Of a stretch of 64,000 bases of DNA, positions 21,127 through 31,314 are shown piece by piece. Within the stretch, counting starts at the first letter, position 1. Every line of letters starts with the position of its first letter. The stretch lies in contig OZ220090.1 in NCBI GenBank assembly GCA_964291625.2, forward strand, positions 672,001-736,000, read 5' to 3'. A program made the translations under genes and the position numbers. A model generated the notes under the pieces. That model searched no databases. It saw only the letters and a list, made by a program, of their open reading frames with translations, and had not been told where the DNA came from. Source of the DNA: Candidatus Latescibacterota bacterium (GTDB lineage: Bacteria > Latescibacterota > UBA2968 > UBA8231).

Positions 21127-22350
21127 ATGAAGATCGTCAAAGCCGACCACTACGTCCTCCACATCCCGTTCTACGCCGACCACGTGGTGCGCGCCATGCA
21201 CCGCGCCCAGACCCACGACGAGACGGTCCACGTGAACCGCATCGAGCTCGACGACGGCAGCGTCGGCCACGGCGACGGAGGCGGCCCGGGGGGCGACCTG
21301 GTGGGCCGCAATCCCCTCGAGGTCCTGAACGACGACGGCATCGGCTTCGGCAACCAGCTCGCCATTCTCGACGCCGTGGGGCGCGCCACCGGCACCCCCG
21401 CCCACGCCCTCCTCGGCCGCCGGCTGCGCGACCGCTGCCCCCTCTCCTGGTGGGACATCGACATGCCCCCCGCCGACTGGGTGAAGGAGGCCGAGGAGTC
21501 GCTGAGGCGCGGCTACACCACCTTCAAGATGAAGGCCCGCCCCTGGTTCGACATCCACGAGCAGGTGGCCAGCGTCGGCGCCGTGGTGCCCGCCGACTAC
21601 CGCTTCGATGTCGACTTCAACGGCTTCCTGCTCAACTCGGCCCGCGCCGAGGAGCACCTCTGCCGCCTCGACGACCACCCCAACGTCGGCATGTACGAGA
21701 GCCCCTTCTACCTGGGGACCGACCTGACGGGAGCCCGCATCCTGCGGGAACGCGTCCGCAAGCCGGTGGTGGAGCACTTCAACGAAGGCGTCCTCCACGC
21801 CCACGCAAGCGACGGTTTCGTCATCGGCGGCGGCATCCAGGGGGTGCTGCGGCAGGGGACGCTGGCCGAGCAGTTCAACAAGCCCTTCTGGCTGCAGTTG
21901 GTGGGCACCGGGATCACCACCGCATTCGCCCTCCATCTCGGATCGGTCCTGTCCCACGCCCAGTTGCCCTACATCACCTGCTTCGAGCTGTTCGAGGACG
22001 ACCTCCTCGTCGACCCGATCCGCGTCGTCGACGGCCACGCTTCCGTGCCCGAGGGACCGGGTCTCGGCGTGGAGATCGACGAGGGCGCCATCGAGCGCTA
22101 CCGCGTCGAGCCGGGGGAGCCGTCGCCGTGTCAGCTCTACCGGCAGCGGAAACGCATCCTGCGGGTCCGCTGGCCGGGGCACGGCGCCGACCGCGTCTGG
22201 GAGTTCACCGCCGAGGCCAACTACCAGCGCGAGTTCTACGCCGGATCGATCCCGCCCTTCCAGCCCGGGGTGAGCCTGGAGGTGGAGGAGGACGACGGCT
22301 CCGCCGCCTTCGCGAAGGCCCACGAGTCGATCGCCGGCCGCGGCATGTAG
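21127..22350 (+). CDS. mandelate racemase/muconate lactonizing enzyme (enolase superfamily)
   Basis: KMK, DFN, YESP metal ligands, VPEGPGLGVEIDE. Confidence 0.85.
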   Translation: MKIVKADHYVLHIPFYADHVVRAMHRAQTHDETVHVNRIELDDGSVGHGDGGGPGGDLVGRNPLEVLNDDGIGFGNQLAILDAVGRATGTPAHALLGRRLRDRCPLSWWDIDMPPADWVKEAEESLRRGYTTFKMKARPWFDIHEQVASVGAVVPADYRFDVDFNGFLLNSARAEEHLCRLDDHPNVGMYESPFYLGTDLTGARILRERVRKPVVEHFNEGVLHAHASDGFVIGGGIQGVLRQGTLAEQFNKPFWLQLVGTGITTAFALHLGSVLSHAQLPYITCFELFEDDLLVDPIRVVDGHASVPEGPGLGVEIDEGAIERYRVEPGEPSPCQLYRQRKRILRVRWPGHGADRVWEFTAEANYQREFYAGSIPPFQPGVSLEVEEDDGSAAFAKAHESIAGRGM

Positions 22351-22378
22351 CCGCCGGGGGCCGCGTCCGGCGGCGGCT

Positions 22379-23383
22379 TCAGGCCTCCCGCCGGGCGCGG
22401 ATCTCCTCGAAGCCCGTCAGGCTGTAGGCGATCCCCACGTAGTCGAGGAGGTTCGTCAGGCTGCGCAGGGCCACGCCGAAGCCGTCGACGCCGGAGAAGC
22501 CGCCGAACTGGCCGCCCCCCTTCAGGTGCGGCTCGAGGTCGAGGAAGACGCCGGGCACGCCGAGGCGCTTGAGGCGGCGCGTCAGGGCCGGCAGGCGGGT
22601 GCGGAAGTCGCGCAGGATCGCCTCGTGGCCCGAGTCGCCCTCGTCGGCGGGGACGAAGTTCTTCAGGCGCTCCTCGTCCACGTGCCCCTGCCACTCGAGG
22701 TCCGGGTCGATGCGGTAGTCCTTGACGTGCATCCAGCCGATGCCGGAGCGCATCGCCTCGTACTCGGCGTAGGTCTCGTGGGGCCGCAGGTTCTGGCTCG
22801 ACAGGTTGCCGCCGTCGAAGATCAGGCAGAGGTTGGGATGGGAGACCTTGCGGTGCAGCCGCCGCAGGAGGCGGCCGTTCTGACCCACGAGGTTGGCCTC
22901 CACCTCCAGGCCGAAGAGGACCCCTCCCCGGGCGCAGACCTCGGCGATGCGCGCCAGCCGTTCGGCGGCCTCGTCCACGTGGTCCTCCGGGGAGGCGCCG
23001 CGCGGGTGGTAGAAGGAGAACCCCCGCACCAGCCGCGTCTCGAACTCCCCCGCCAGATCGGCGGCGCGCTGCACCTCGCGGGCCAGGTAGCGCTCGAAGG
23101 GGACGTAGGCGTTGGCGCTGCCGTCCTCGATGTCGAGAAGCTTCACCTTGCCGATGGGCGAGCCGATGGAGGAGACGCGGATGCCGAACTCCTCGTGCAG
23201 CCGCCGCAGCCGGCGCACCTCGGCCTTGGTGAGGGTCATGACGTTCTTGACGCCGGACCCGGCGTCGACGAACCGCAGGCTGTACCAGGACATGCCGAGG
23301 GCCGCCAGCATGGTCAGCTGCGACTCGGCCTTCTTGTCGGCGGGGCCCTCGTCGGCGAAGCCGCTGAGGATCACTTCGGGCAT
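22379..23383 (-). CDS. sugar phosphate isomerase/epimerase (xylose isomerase-like TIM barrel)
   Basis: LSGFADE, SSIGSPIGK, RGFSFY, LEVE, FDGGN, HVKD, LEPHL. Confidence 0.88.
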   Translation of the reverse strand: MPEVILSGFADEGPADKKAESQLTMLAALGMSWYSLRFVDAGSGVKNVMTLTKAEVRRLRRLHEEFGIRVSSIGSPIGKVKLLDIEDGSANAYVPFERYLAREVQRAADLAGEFETRLVRGFSFYHPRGASPEDHVDEAAERLARIAEVCARGGVLFGLEVEANLVGQNGRLLRRLHRKVSHPNLCLIFDGGNLSSQNLRPHETYAEYEAMRSGIGWMHVKDYRIDPDLEWQGHVDEERLKNFVPADEGDSGHEAILRDFRTRLPALTRRLKRLGVPGVFLDLEPHLKGGGQFGGFSGVDGFGVALRSLTNLLDYVGIAYSLTGFEEIRARREA

Positions 23384-23431
23384 GGGGCGACTCCTCGGGG
23401 TGGGGGGAGAGGTTGAGAGGCGGATGGCGCC

Positions 23432-24850
23432 TCAGGCGGTATAGCCCTCCTCCATCTCCTGGTCGATGCGGTACTCCGGGGCCAGATTCTCGAAGCTGGC
23501 GCTCTCCTTGCTCCACATCAGGCGCACCGAACCGGTAGGCCCGTTGCGCTGCTTGGCGAGGATGATCTCCGCCTGGCCCTCGAGACTGCCGCCGTCGTCA
23601 TCGGACTTCAGCCCGTAGATCTCGGGGCGGTAGATGAACATGACCACGTCGGCGTCCTGCTCGAGGGAGCCCGACTCCCTCAGGTCGGAGAGCTGCGGGC
23701 GCCGGTCGGTGCGCGCCTCCGGGGCCCGCGACAACTGCGACAGGGCCATGACGGGCACGTTCAGCTCCTTGGCCATCGCCTTCAGCCCGCGGGAGATGCG
23801 CGACACCTCCTGCTCGCGGCTCTGCAGGCTCTCGTGGCTGCCCATCAGCTGCAGGTAGTCGATGATGACGAGATCGACGCCGTGCTCGCGCTTCAGGCGC
23901 CGGGCCTTGGCCCGCGCCTCCAGGACGCTGATGCCGGCCGTGTCGTCCACGTAGATCCGTGCCTGGGCGAGACGGCCCGCCTGGCGGGTCACGTGCAGCC
24001 AGTCGTCCTGCCCCAGATGCCCGGTGCGCAGCCTTTGCAGGTTGAACCCGGTCTCGATGGACAGCAGCCGCTGCGCCACCTGCTGCTTGGACATCTCGAG
24101 GGTGAATACGGCCACGCTCCTGCCATGCTGCATGGCGGCGCGGCTGGCGCAGCACAGGGCCAGGGCCGACTTGCCGACGCTCGGCCGGGCCGCCAGGAGG
24201 ATCAGGTCGCCGTACTGGAAACCGGAGGTGATCTCGTTGAGATCCTCGAAGCCGGTGTCGACGCCGGAGACGGCGCTGCGGTCTTCCTGGGCCTTCTCCA
24301 GCTGCTGGATGGTCTCGCCGAGGACCTGCTCGATGGGCTCGAACCCCTGGGTCAGCCCGCGCTCGGAGAGGGCGAAGATGCGCTGCTCGGCCCAGTCGAT
24401 CAGCTCGTGGACGTCGCTGCGCCCCTCGAATGCGCGGTTGGAGATCTCGGCCGAGGCTTCGATCAGGCCGCGGCTGAGTCCGCGCTCGACGACGATCCGG
24501 GCATGGTGCTCGATGTTGGCCGCCGAGGCCACGCCGGCGGCGAGCTCGGCGAGGTAGACGACGCCCCCCGCCGGCTCCAGCTGCCCCCGGCGCTTGAGCT
24601 CCTCGCCGACGGTGAGCTGATCGACGGCCTCGTTGCGCTCGTAGAGCTCGCTCATGGCGGCGAAGATGCGGGCGTGGGGGCCGTGGTAGAAGACCTCCTC
24701 CTCGAGGAGCTCGATGGCGCGGCCCACGGCGCGCGGGTCGATCAGCATCGCTCCGAGGACGGCCTGCTCCACCTCCACCGCCTGCGGCGGCATGCGGTCG
24801 AGGCGCTGGCCCTGGGGCTGCCCCTCGCGGCCGTTCGGCGGCTGGGTCAT
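23432..24850 (-). CDS. dnaB: replicative DNA helicase
   Basis: PPQAVEVEQAVLG, AARPSVGKS Walker A, LEMS, IDYLQLM, LSQLSR, DLRESGSLEQDAD, KQRNGPTG; start at MTQPP overlaps the udg stop. Confidence 0.96.
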   Translation of the reverse strand: MTQPPNGREGQPQGQRLDRMPPQAVEVEQAVLGAMLIDPRAVGRAIELLEEEVFYHGPHARIFAAMSELYERNEAVDQLTVGEELKRRGQLEPAGGVVYLAELAAGVASAANIEHHARIVVERGLSRGLIEASAEISNRAFEGRSDVHELIDWAEQRIFALSERGLTQGFEPIEQVLGETIQQLEKAQEDRSAVSGVDTGFEDLNEITSGFQYGDLILLAARPSVGKSALALCCASRAAMQHGRSVAVFTLEMSKQQVAQRLLSIETGFNLQRLRTGHLGQDDWLHVTRQAGRLAQARIYVDDTAGISVLEARAKARRLKREHGVDLVIIDYLQLMGSHESLQSREQEVSRISRGLKAMAKELNVPVMALSQLSRAPEARTDRRPQLSDLRESGSLEQDADVVMFIYRPEIYGLKSDDDGGSLEGQAEIILAKQRNGPTGSVRLMWSKESASFENLAPEYRIDQEMEEGYTA

Positions 24851-25659
24851 TTCCTGCCCCTCGGCTCGACGCCGTCGTACTGGCGGCGCACCCACTTGAC
24901 GTCCTCCCAGGTGGGCCGCCTGAGCCCGCGGTTGCGAAGCAGCGCCGCCGGGTGGTAGGTGACGATCAGCGGGATGCCCGCGTACTCGTGCAGGGAGCCC
25001 CTCAGGCGCGACAGGGGCGCATCGGTCTTGAGCAGGGCGTGGGCGGCGTGCCGCCCGAGGCAGCAGATCACCTTCGGCTGCACGATCTCGATCTGCCGGC
25101 GCAGGTAGGGCTCGCAGGTGGCCACCTCCTCGGGCGCGGGATCCCGGTTGCCGGGGGGGCGGCACTTCAGGACGTTGCAGATGTAGACCTCCTCCCGGGC
25201 AAGCTCCATGGCCTCGATGATAGTGGTCAGGAGCCGGCCCGCGGGCCCCACGAAGGGAAGCCCCTGCCGGTCCTCCTCCTCGCCGGGGGCCTCGCCGACG
25301 AACATGATCCCGGCCTCGGGGTTGCCCGAGCCAAAGACGAAGCGGGTCCGCGTGTGCCCGAGGGGACAGCGGGTGCACTCGCAGATCTCGTCGTGGAAGG
25401 AGGACAGCACCGCCGCGGCCGGGACGGGGCCTTCGTCGGCGGCCGAGCCCTCTCCCCCGGCCGGCTCCGCCCGTACGGGGGCCCCGGAGGCGGCCCCCGC
25501 GTCCGGGGGCGTCACGAACCAGCGCCCCTCGAAGAGGAGCAGGTCCTCCAGGCTGCGGCGGACCTCCGAGAGGACCTCGCAGGCCGCGGGCGGGGAAGCC
25601 TCATCCGGCTCGGGCTCGTGCACGGCGCCAAGATCATCCGGCTCCGGGAGCCGTGTCAA
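24847..25659 (-). CDS. uracil-DNA glycosylase family 4 (Fe-S)
   Basis: [37 protein letters not shown]; start uncertain. Confidence 0.92.
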   Translation of the reverse strand: MTRLPEPDDLGAVHEPEPDEASPPAACEVLSEVRRSLEDLLLFEGRWFVTPPDAGAASGAPVRAEPAGGEGSAADEGPVPAAAVLSSFHDEICECTRCPLGHTRTRFVFGSGNPEAGIMFVGEAPGEEEDRQGLPFVGPAGRLLTTIIEAMELAREEVYICNVLKCRPPGNRDPAPEEVATCEPYLRRQIEIVQPKVICCLGRHAAHALLKTDAPLSRLRGSLHEYAGIPLIVTYHPAALLRNRGLRRPTWEDVKWVRRQYDGVEPRGRK

Positions 25660-26897
25660 CGAGAATCCTCCCCTTCCCCTGCCCCGCGGCGCCGCTGCCC
25701 AAGCAGGTCGCGGACGCGGTCGAGGAGACGGTCGGCCACCTCGAGCTTGCTCAACCGCGGGAGCCGCTCCGCGGTGCCGTCGCCGTCGAGAACGGTGACC
25801 ACGTTGGTGTCGCCGGCGAAGCCGGCGCCCGGCACGCGCAGATCGTTGAGGACGACGAGGTCCGCCCGCTTGCGCTCGCCCTTCTCCCGGGCCCGGAACT
25901 CCCCGTCCTCCGTCTCCATGGCGAAGGCCACCAGGACGCGGCCTCCCTTACGGGCCCCGAGGGTGGCGGCGATGTCCGGGTTCTCCACCAGCTCGAGCCC
26001 CAGCTGGCCGCCGCTGCGCTTGAGCTTCTCCGCGGAGATGTGCCGGGGCCGGTAGTCGGAGACGGCGGCGGCCATGAAGGCCGCGTCGACGGCCTCGAAG
26101 GCCGCCTCGCAGGCCTGCAGCATCTCGGCGGCGGAACGCACGAAGGTGGTGCGGACCCCCTCGGGCGGGGACAGCTCCACCGGACCGCTGACGAGGTGCA
26201 CGTCGGCGCCGCGCTGACGGGCGCGCCGGGCGAGGGCGAAGCCCATCTTGCCGCTGGAGCGGTTGCTCAGGAAACGCACCGGATCGAGGTCCTCCACCGT
26301 GGGGCCCGCCGTAACCAGGATCCGCAGGCCCTCCAGGTCTCCCCCGGAGGCGCCGGTGAGACGGTCCACGGCCGCCTCGAGGATGCCTTCCGGCGACGCC
26401 ATGCGGCCCCGGCCGGAGGCCCCCGAGGCGAGGTATCCGGCCTCCGGCTCGATCCATCCGGCGCCGGCGGCGCGCAGGCTCGCGGCGTTCGCCTGCACCC
26501 GGGGGTGCTCGAGCATCTCCTCCTCCATGGCCGGCGCCAGCAGGACGGGGGCGGGCGTGGCCAGGCAGATCGTCGTCAGCAGATCGTCGGCGATGCCGGC
26601 GGCCATCTTCCCCAGCAGGTTGGCCGTGGCCGGCGCCACCAGGAACAGCTCCGCCCACCTGGCCAGACCTACGTGGAGGACGGGGAACTCCTCGTCGGCG
26701 GCGAAGAGGTCGCCGTGGACGGGATGCCCCGAGAGCACCGAGAGGGTGGGGTCGGTGACGAACCGCGCCGCGCTGGCCGTGCGCACGACGCGCACCTCGG
26801 CGCCTTCCTCCTGCAGCAGGCGCAGCACGAGGGGCGCCTTGTACGCGGCGATGCCGCCGCTGACCCCGAGGAGGACCCGCCGCCCCTCCAGCCTCAT
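25656..26897 (-). CDS. coaBC: bifunctional phosphopantothenoylcysteine decarboxylase/ligase
   Basis: [58 protein letters not shown]. Confidence 0.95.
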   Translation of the reverse strand: MRLEGRRVLLGVSGGIAAYKAPLVLRLLQEEGAEVRVVRTASAARFVTDPTLSVLSGHPVHGDLFAADEEFPVLHVGLARWAELFLVAPATANLLGKMAAGIADDLLTTICLATPAPVLLAPAMEEEMLEHPRVQANAASLRAAGAGWIEPEAGYLASGASGRGRMASPEGILEAAVDRLTGASGGDLEGLRILVTAGPTVEDLDPVRFLSNRSSGKMGFALARRARQRGADVHLVSGPVELSPPEGVRTTFVRSAAEMLQACEAAFEAVDAAFMAAAVSDYRPRHISAEKLKRSGGQLGLELVENPDIAATLGARKGGRVLVAFAMETEDGEFRAREKGERKRADLVVLNDLRVPGAGFAGDTNVVTVLDGDGTAERLPRLSKLEVADRLLDRVRDLLGQRRRGAGEGEDSR

Positions 26898-27430
26898 GCG
26901 CATCCCTCCAGCAACAGCTCGACCCGCCGGACCAGGCCCTCGACATCGGCCCGGTCGGAGTGCAGGACCAGGTCGTAGATGGACAGGTCGGAGAGGTCGA
27001 TCCGGTGGTGCTCGGCGTAGCGCCGGCGTTCGGAGCGCTCGCGCGCGAGGATCGCCGTCTCCGCCTCTGCCGGGGACTGCCCGTCGCGGCCGGCGACGCG
27101 GCGCGCCCGGGTGGGGAGATCGGCCTGTACCCAGAGCTTGAGGGCGTCGAGATCGTGGCGGTGCATCATCCAGCCGGTGATCCGCCCTTCGAGGAGGCAG
27201 CCCGGTGCCTGCCGGGCCCGCTCGGTGAGGCGGTGGTCCAGGCGCCGGTCGATGCCGCCGTCGGCCTCGGCGCGGCTCCCCAGTTCGGTGAGGGAGATCC
27301 CCAACTCCGCCGCCAGGTCGCGGAAGATCCGGCCCACGTTGACGTGTTCCAGGCCGGTGCGCTCGGCGAGGCGCCGGCACAAGGTGCTGGTGCCGCTCCC
27401 GGGGAGGCCGCTGACCGTGATCCGCGTCAT
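26894..27430 (-). CDS. cmk: archaeal-type cytidylate kinase
   Basis: ITVSGLPGSGTST P-loop, G.IFR.LA.E.G, ID..LD, EGRITGW, RE.SE..RY...ID..D.SIYDL; 178 aa. Confidence 0.8.
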   Translation of the reverse strand: MTRITVSGLPGSGTSTLCRRLAERTGLEHVNVGRIFRDLAAELGISLTELGSRAEADGGIDRRLDHRLTERARQAPGCLLEGRITGWMMHRHDLDALKLWVQADLPTRARRVAGRDGQSPAEAETAILARERSERRRYAEHHRIDLSDLSIYDLVLHSDRADVEGLVRRVELLLEGCA

Positions 27431-27446
27431 GTCGACGGGCTCCGCC

Positions 27447-28328
27447 TCAAGCCAGGTTCTGCACCTGCTCGCGCAACCGCTCCACCTCCTCCTTGGCCGC
27501 CACCGCCCGGTGGATGATGCCGCCGGCCGCGGACTTCGAGGAGAGGGTGTTGATCTCTCGGTGCATCTCCTGGAGCAGGAAGTTGAGCCGCCGGCCGACC
27601 TCCCCGCCCTGGTCGATCGTCTCCAGGAAACGGTCGAGATGGCTGCGCAGGCGCACGATCTCCTCGGTGATGTCGCTGCGCTCGGCGATGAGGACGATCT
27701 CGGTGGCCAGCCGGTCCTCGTCGACCGCGCCCGGCTCCAGCAGGGCTTCGACCTTCTCCCGCAGGCGGCGGCGCACCTCTTCCCGGCCCTCGGCCGCGAG
27801 TCGGTCGATGTCGTCGGTGAGCCCGGCGATGGCGGCCAGCCGGGTACGCAGGTCAGCGGCCAGCACCTCGCCCTCGGAGCGGCGCATCTCCTCGAGCCCG
27901 GAGAGGGCCTGATCGAGGGCCTGCGCCACGAGCTCCTCGAGCTGTTCCGGAGCCGGACCCCGGCTCCCGGGGCGAAAGACCCCCGGCATGCGGGCCACCA
28001 CCTCCAGCCCCACGGAGGGCAGGCCCGTCACTCCCGCCAGGTGATCCAGATCGGCCAGGTAGCGCTCGGCCGTCTCCAGATCGAGCTCGGGGAGGCCGGT
28101 GGAATCGGCCGTCTCCTCACACTCGATCGTCCCCGTCACCTTGCCCCGCGTCAGCCGGCCCTGGAGGCGCTCCCGGACCCGCGGCTCGAGTTCCTGCAGG
28201 GGCCCGGGACACCGTACCGAGAGGTCGAGGAACCGGCCGTTGACCGAGCGCAGAACCGCCCGCACCCGGAGCCCCTCCGCCTCGGCGCTGCCCGTGCCGA
28301 ACCCCGTCATGCTCGCAATCCCGCCCAC
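27447..28328 (-). CDS. yicC: YicC/YloC family endoribonuclease
   Basis: SMTGFG, RSVNGRFLD, RGKV, DITEEIVRL.SH, GRRLNFLLQEMHREINT..SK, REQVQNL. Confidence 0.93.
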   Translation of the reverse strand: MGGIASMTGFGTGSAEAEGLRVRAVLRSVNGRFLDLSVRCPGPLQELEPRVRERLQGRLTRGKVTGTIECEETADSTGLPELDLETAERYLADLDHLAGVTGLPSVGLEVVARMPGVFRPGSRGPAPEQLEELVAQALDQALSGLEEMRRSEGEVLAADLRTRLAAIAGLTDDIDRLAAEGREEVRRRLREKVEALLEPGAVDEDRLATEIVLIAERSDITEEIVRLRSHLDRFLETIDQGGEVGRRLNFLLQEMHREINTLSSKSAAGGIIHRAVAAKEEVERLREQVQNLA

Positions 28329-28336
28329 CGGATCCC

Positions 28337-29605
28337 CTATCTCCCCGGGTCCACGGCCACCTGCACGATGGAGGTAAACCCGGTGAGCCGGGCCCGGTAC
28401 GTCAAGCCCCCGAGGGTGATCTTGCTGAGCTCCGTCTCCTCCACCACCCAGAGCTGCTCGTTGACGCCGTCGATCACGACGCCCCTTGCGGCCGCCGCCT
28501 CCGGCCAGTGCCGGAGCGCTCCGCCGTCGGGCTGCAGGGCGGCGATGCCGCCCTCCCCCGCGATCCAGAGATCGCCCGTTCTGGAGTCCACGTCCATCTG
28601 GCGCGCCGGGGCGAAAGGCAGCTCGAGCTGCTCGAGCCCGCTCTCCGGCAGGAGTCGCAGGAGGGCGTTGCCGCCCGCGATCAGGGCCCAGGCCTGGCAG
28701 CACTCGCCGGCCACGGGATCGACGTCGACGAGGCCCTCCAGGCCGCGCCACTCACCGAGGCGGACGCCGGCGGCGTCGACGTGCAGAACCCGTTCGCCGG
28801 GCCCGTCGGCCACCCAGAGGCTGCCCGCCGCTCCCAGGGCGAGACCGACGGAGTCGGAGAAGGCGGCGTCGAGCTCCACCAGGGACAGGGTGTCGCCGAG
28901 GGCGGCCACGGAGAACCGGTAGACCCGGCGGCCGCTGGCGGTGACCGCCCATCCGGTCCGCCCGTCGGCGTCGATGACCGTGGCTCCGGCTTCCTCCAAG
29001 GTCGATTCCACCGGGTGGACGTCGCCGTCCTCGGTGATCCGGTAGAGCCCGATGGAGCCGTCGCCCACCCAGCAGTCGCCGGTCTCGCCGTCGATGGCGA
29101 TCGCCGACAGGGACGGGAAGTACCCCTGGGCGAAGAGACCCTGGCGTCCGTCGGGGGTCAGCCGCCAGACGAGACCGCTGCCACCGTCGGCCACCCAGAC
29201 CCGCTCGGGGCCGGGCGTGGCCAGGTGCTCGCCGGCGATGGCCAGCTCCGGCTCCCCGGTCACGTCGAGGGCGATGCGGTAGCTGTAGATGCGGCCGTTG
29301 GTCACCGACCGGTCGACGAAGCTGGTGTCCGTGGCCGGGAGTTCCCGCGTCAGGGTGCTGTCGCCGCTCTCCCGGTAGAGGCGCACCCCACGCACGTCTT
29401 CGAAGCGGGTGAAGTCCCAGCGCAACTCGACCTGTCCGTCCCCGGCCAGGGCCCGCAGGGGGCTGGCCAGGTCCAGGGGTTCGGAGGCGCCGGCATCCAG
29501 CGGATTCCGGCGCGAGCGATCGGCGCAGGACAGGACCACCAGCGCCGCCAGGGCGAGTCCGGCCGCGGGCCTCCGGAGGCGTCTGGGGATCATCGTTCGC
29601 AGCAT
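28337..29605 (-). CDS. putative lipoprotein with FN3-like domain and NHL/SMP-30-like beta-propeller
   Basis: Signal peptide with lipobox VLSC, then R.NPLD; AGDGQVELRW...FVD..V.NG..YSY (FN3); repeated WVADG blades. Confidence 0.7.
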   Translation of the reverse strand: MLRTMIPRRLRRPAAGLALAALVVLSCADRSRRNPLDAGASEPLDLASPLRALAGDGQVELRWDFTRFEDVRGVRLYRESGDSTLTRELPATDTSFVDRSVTNGRIYSYRIALDVTGEPELAIAGEHLATPGPERVWVADGGSGLVWRLTPDGRQGLFAQGYFPSLSAIAIDGETGDCWVGDGSIGLYRITEDGDVHPVESTLEEAGATVIDADGRTGWAVTASGRRVYRFSVAALGDTLSLVELDAAFSDSVGLALGAAGSLWVADGPGERVLHVDAAGVRLGEWRGLEGLVDVDPVAGECCQAWALIAGGNALLRLLPESGLEQLELPFAPARQMDVDSRTGDLWIAGEGGIAALQPDGGALRHWPEAAAARGVVIDGVNEQLWVVEETELSKITLGGLTYRARLTGFTSIVQVAVDPGR

Positions 29606-29606
29606 T

Positions 29607-30116
29607 CTAGAAGAAAACCAGGCAGGCGGTGAGCACGACCCCGGCTTCCATCGTCAGGAAGGCGGCGCCGGCGATGCGGTCGTAGCGCTCGGCCCGTTCG
29701 AAGGCCTGCTGCTGCCGTCGGGCGCCCGCCGAGCGCAGGTAGCGGTCGTACGCGGCATCCGCCTCGCCGGTGCTCCACCAGGCGACGGCGGCCCCGGTGA
29801 CGGCCAGGGCCGCGGTGGCCGCCAGGGCCGGCCGCCAGATCGTCTCCGTCCGCTGCGGCGGTTTCGTCTGGGCCCGCTGTTGCGAGAGCCGCTCCCCGGC
29901 CACCAGGGGCCAGGCCATCGGCCCGGTCCCGAGCCGCGCTCCGAAGAGGCCGGCCTGGAGGCGGGGCTCGGCCTCCGGACGCGGAACCGCCCACAGCCCC
30001 GGGAGCGCCATCGAGCCCGCCTGCCACGGCCCGCCGCTCGGCGGATGCGGACCAAGCCCCGCGGCCGCCAGGGCCGCCGAGGCCGAGAGCAGGATCGCCA
30101 TCGCCAGCCGCACCAT
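29607..30116 (-). CDS. hypothetical exported/membrane protein
   Basis: Signal-like N-terminus, two hydrophobic helices flanking ADAAYDRY; tightly packed in the operon. Confidence 0.6.
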   Translation of the reverse strand: MVRLAMAILLSASAALAAAGLGPHPPSGGPWQAGSMALPGLWAVPRPEAEPRLQAGLFGARLGTGPMAWPLVAGERLSQQRAQTKPPQRTETIWRPALAATAALAVTGAAVAWWSTGEADAAYDRYLRSAGARRQQQAFERAERYDRIAGAAFLTMEAGVVLTACLVFF

Positions 30117-30117
30117 C

Positions 30118-31314
30118 TCATCTCCCCCGGAACAGGTAGAGGGTGCCGGTCTCGCTCGTCACCGCCAGCAGCCGGCCGCTGACGGCGACGGAGGTGAGCA
30201 CCGGCCCATCGAGGGCATAGCGCCACCGGACGACGCCCCCGTCTCCGCCGACGGCATGGAGGAAGCTGCCTCCGGAGCCGAGGTAGAGGGTCTTCGCCGT
30301 GCTCACGGCAGGGGCGCGCACGACCCCGCCGGTCTCGAAGCGCCAGCGCTGCCCGCCGCTCTCGGGGTCGAAGGCGTACAGGGCCTGATCGCTCGAGCCC
30401 AGGGCGATGACCCCGGCGCCGCGGCTCAGGCCCTCGGCGGGGAGCCCGTTCACCCGGGCCGTCCACAGAGTCGAGCCGTCCTCGGCCCTCAGGGCGTGGA
30501 CGGAGCCGTCGGCCGTGGCCACCCAGAGGCGGCCGGCCCCGGCGTCGATGGCCGGACGGGTGCGGATGGCGGCGCCCAGGGCCCGGCGCCAGAGGACCTC
30601 GCCGCTGTCGGCGGAGGCGGCCACCAGCTCGCCCGTGGAGTCGCCCACGTAGACGGCCCCGCCACCGAGGCTGGCGGCGCTCACCAGGCGGCCGGGCAGG
30701 TCGATCTCCCAGAGGAGGCCGCCGCGGTCCGGGTCCAGCGCCTCCAGGCGGCCCGACTCCACGGCGGCGTACACCCGGCCGCCGGCGACGGCGGGCGGGG
30801 CGCAGACCTCCCCCGGCCGGCGCCAGGCGGCCTCTCCCGAGGCCCGGTGCACGGCGTGGAGGCCGGCGCCGCGGCCGGTCGTGGCCATCAGCAGCAGTTG
30901 CCCGCGCCCGCCGGCGAGGGCGGCGGCGGCGCACAGGGGACGGTCCAGGCGCCGGCGGCCGACGCGGGTGCCGGTGGCCAGATCGAAGGCGAGAGCATCG
31001 GTCCTTCGGGTCAGCTGCAGCACCAGCGGCCCGGCGATCAGAGGCCCGCCGAGGGGCGCCCCCCCCACCGCCTGCCGCCACACCAGCGAGAGCGGCGGCT
31101 CCGGGCCCTCGAGCGCGGCGTGGAGCCCGTCGGGGGACCCGCCCTCCTGCACCCAGGCCGGGCCCGCCCCGCCCTCCCAGGGCGCGAAGAGGTTCTCGGG
31201 GCCGCAGCCGCAGAGGACGGCCAGCAGCCACGGGACCCCCCACTGGAGGACCGGGCGGGACCGGCGGGCCGGATCAGTAGTCCCAGCCGAAGAAGAAGTC
31301 CCAGCGTGTGTCAC
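30118..31314 (-). CDS. PQQ-like beta-propeller lipoprotein (BamB-like)
   Basis: Repeated ALD..G...W blades (ALDPDRGGLLW, AFDPESGGQRWRF), lipobox-like LCGC; start uncertain. Confidence 0.8.
   Translation of the reverse strand: MTHAGTSSSAGTTDPARRSRPVLQWGVPWLLAVLCGCGPENLFAPWEGGAGPAWVQEGGSPDGLHAALEGPEPPLSLVWRQAVGGAPLGGPLIAGPLVLQLTRRTDALAFDLATGTRVGRRRLDRPLCAAAALAGGRGQLLLMATTGRGAGLHAVHRASGEAAWRRPGEVCAPPAVAGGRVYAAVESGRLEALDPDRGGLLWEIDLPGRLVSAASLGGGAVYVGDSTGELVAASADSGEVLWRRALGAAIRTRPAIDAGAGRLWVATADGSVHALRAEDGSTLWTARVNGLPAEGLSRGAGVIALGSSDQALYAFDPESGGQRWRFETGGVVRAPAVSTAKTLYLGSGGSFLHAVGGDGGVVRWRYALDGPVLTSVAVSGRLLAVTSETGTLYLFRGR

Noticed and set aside
22349-22378. GC hairpin GCCGCCGG...CCGGCGGC between convergent genes (similar ones at about 15388-15410, 35201-35222 and 38682-38710)
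   Set aside because: No U-tract and no shared sequence between them, so they cannot be called terminators or a REP family with confidence
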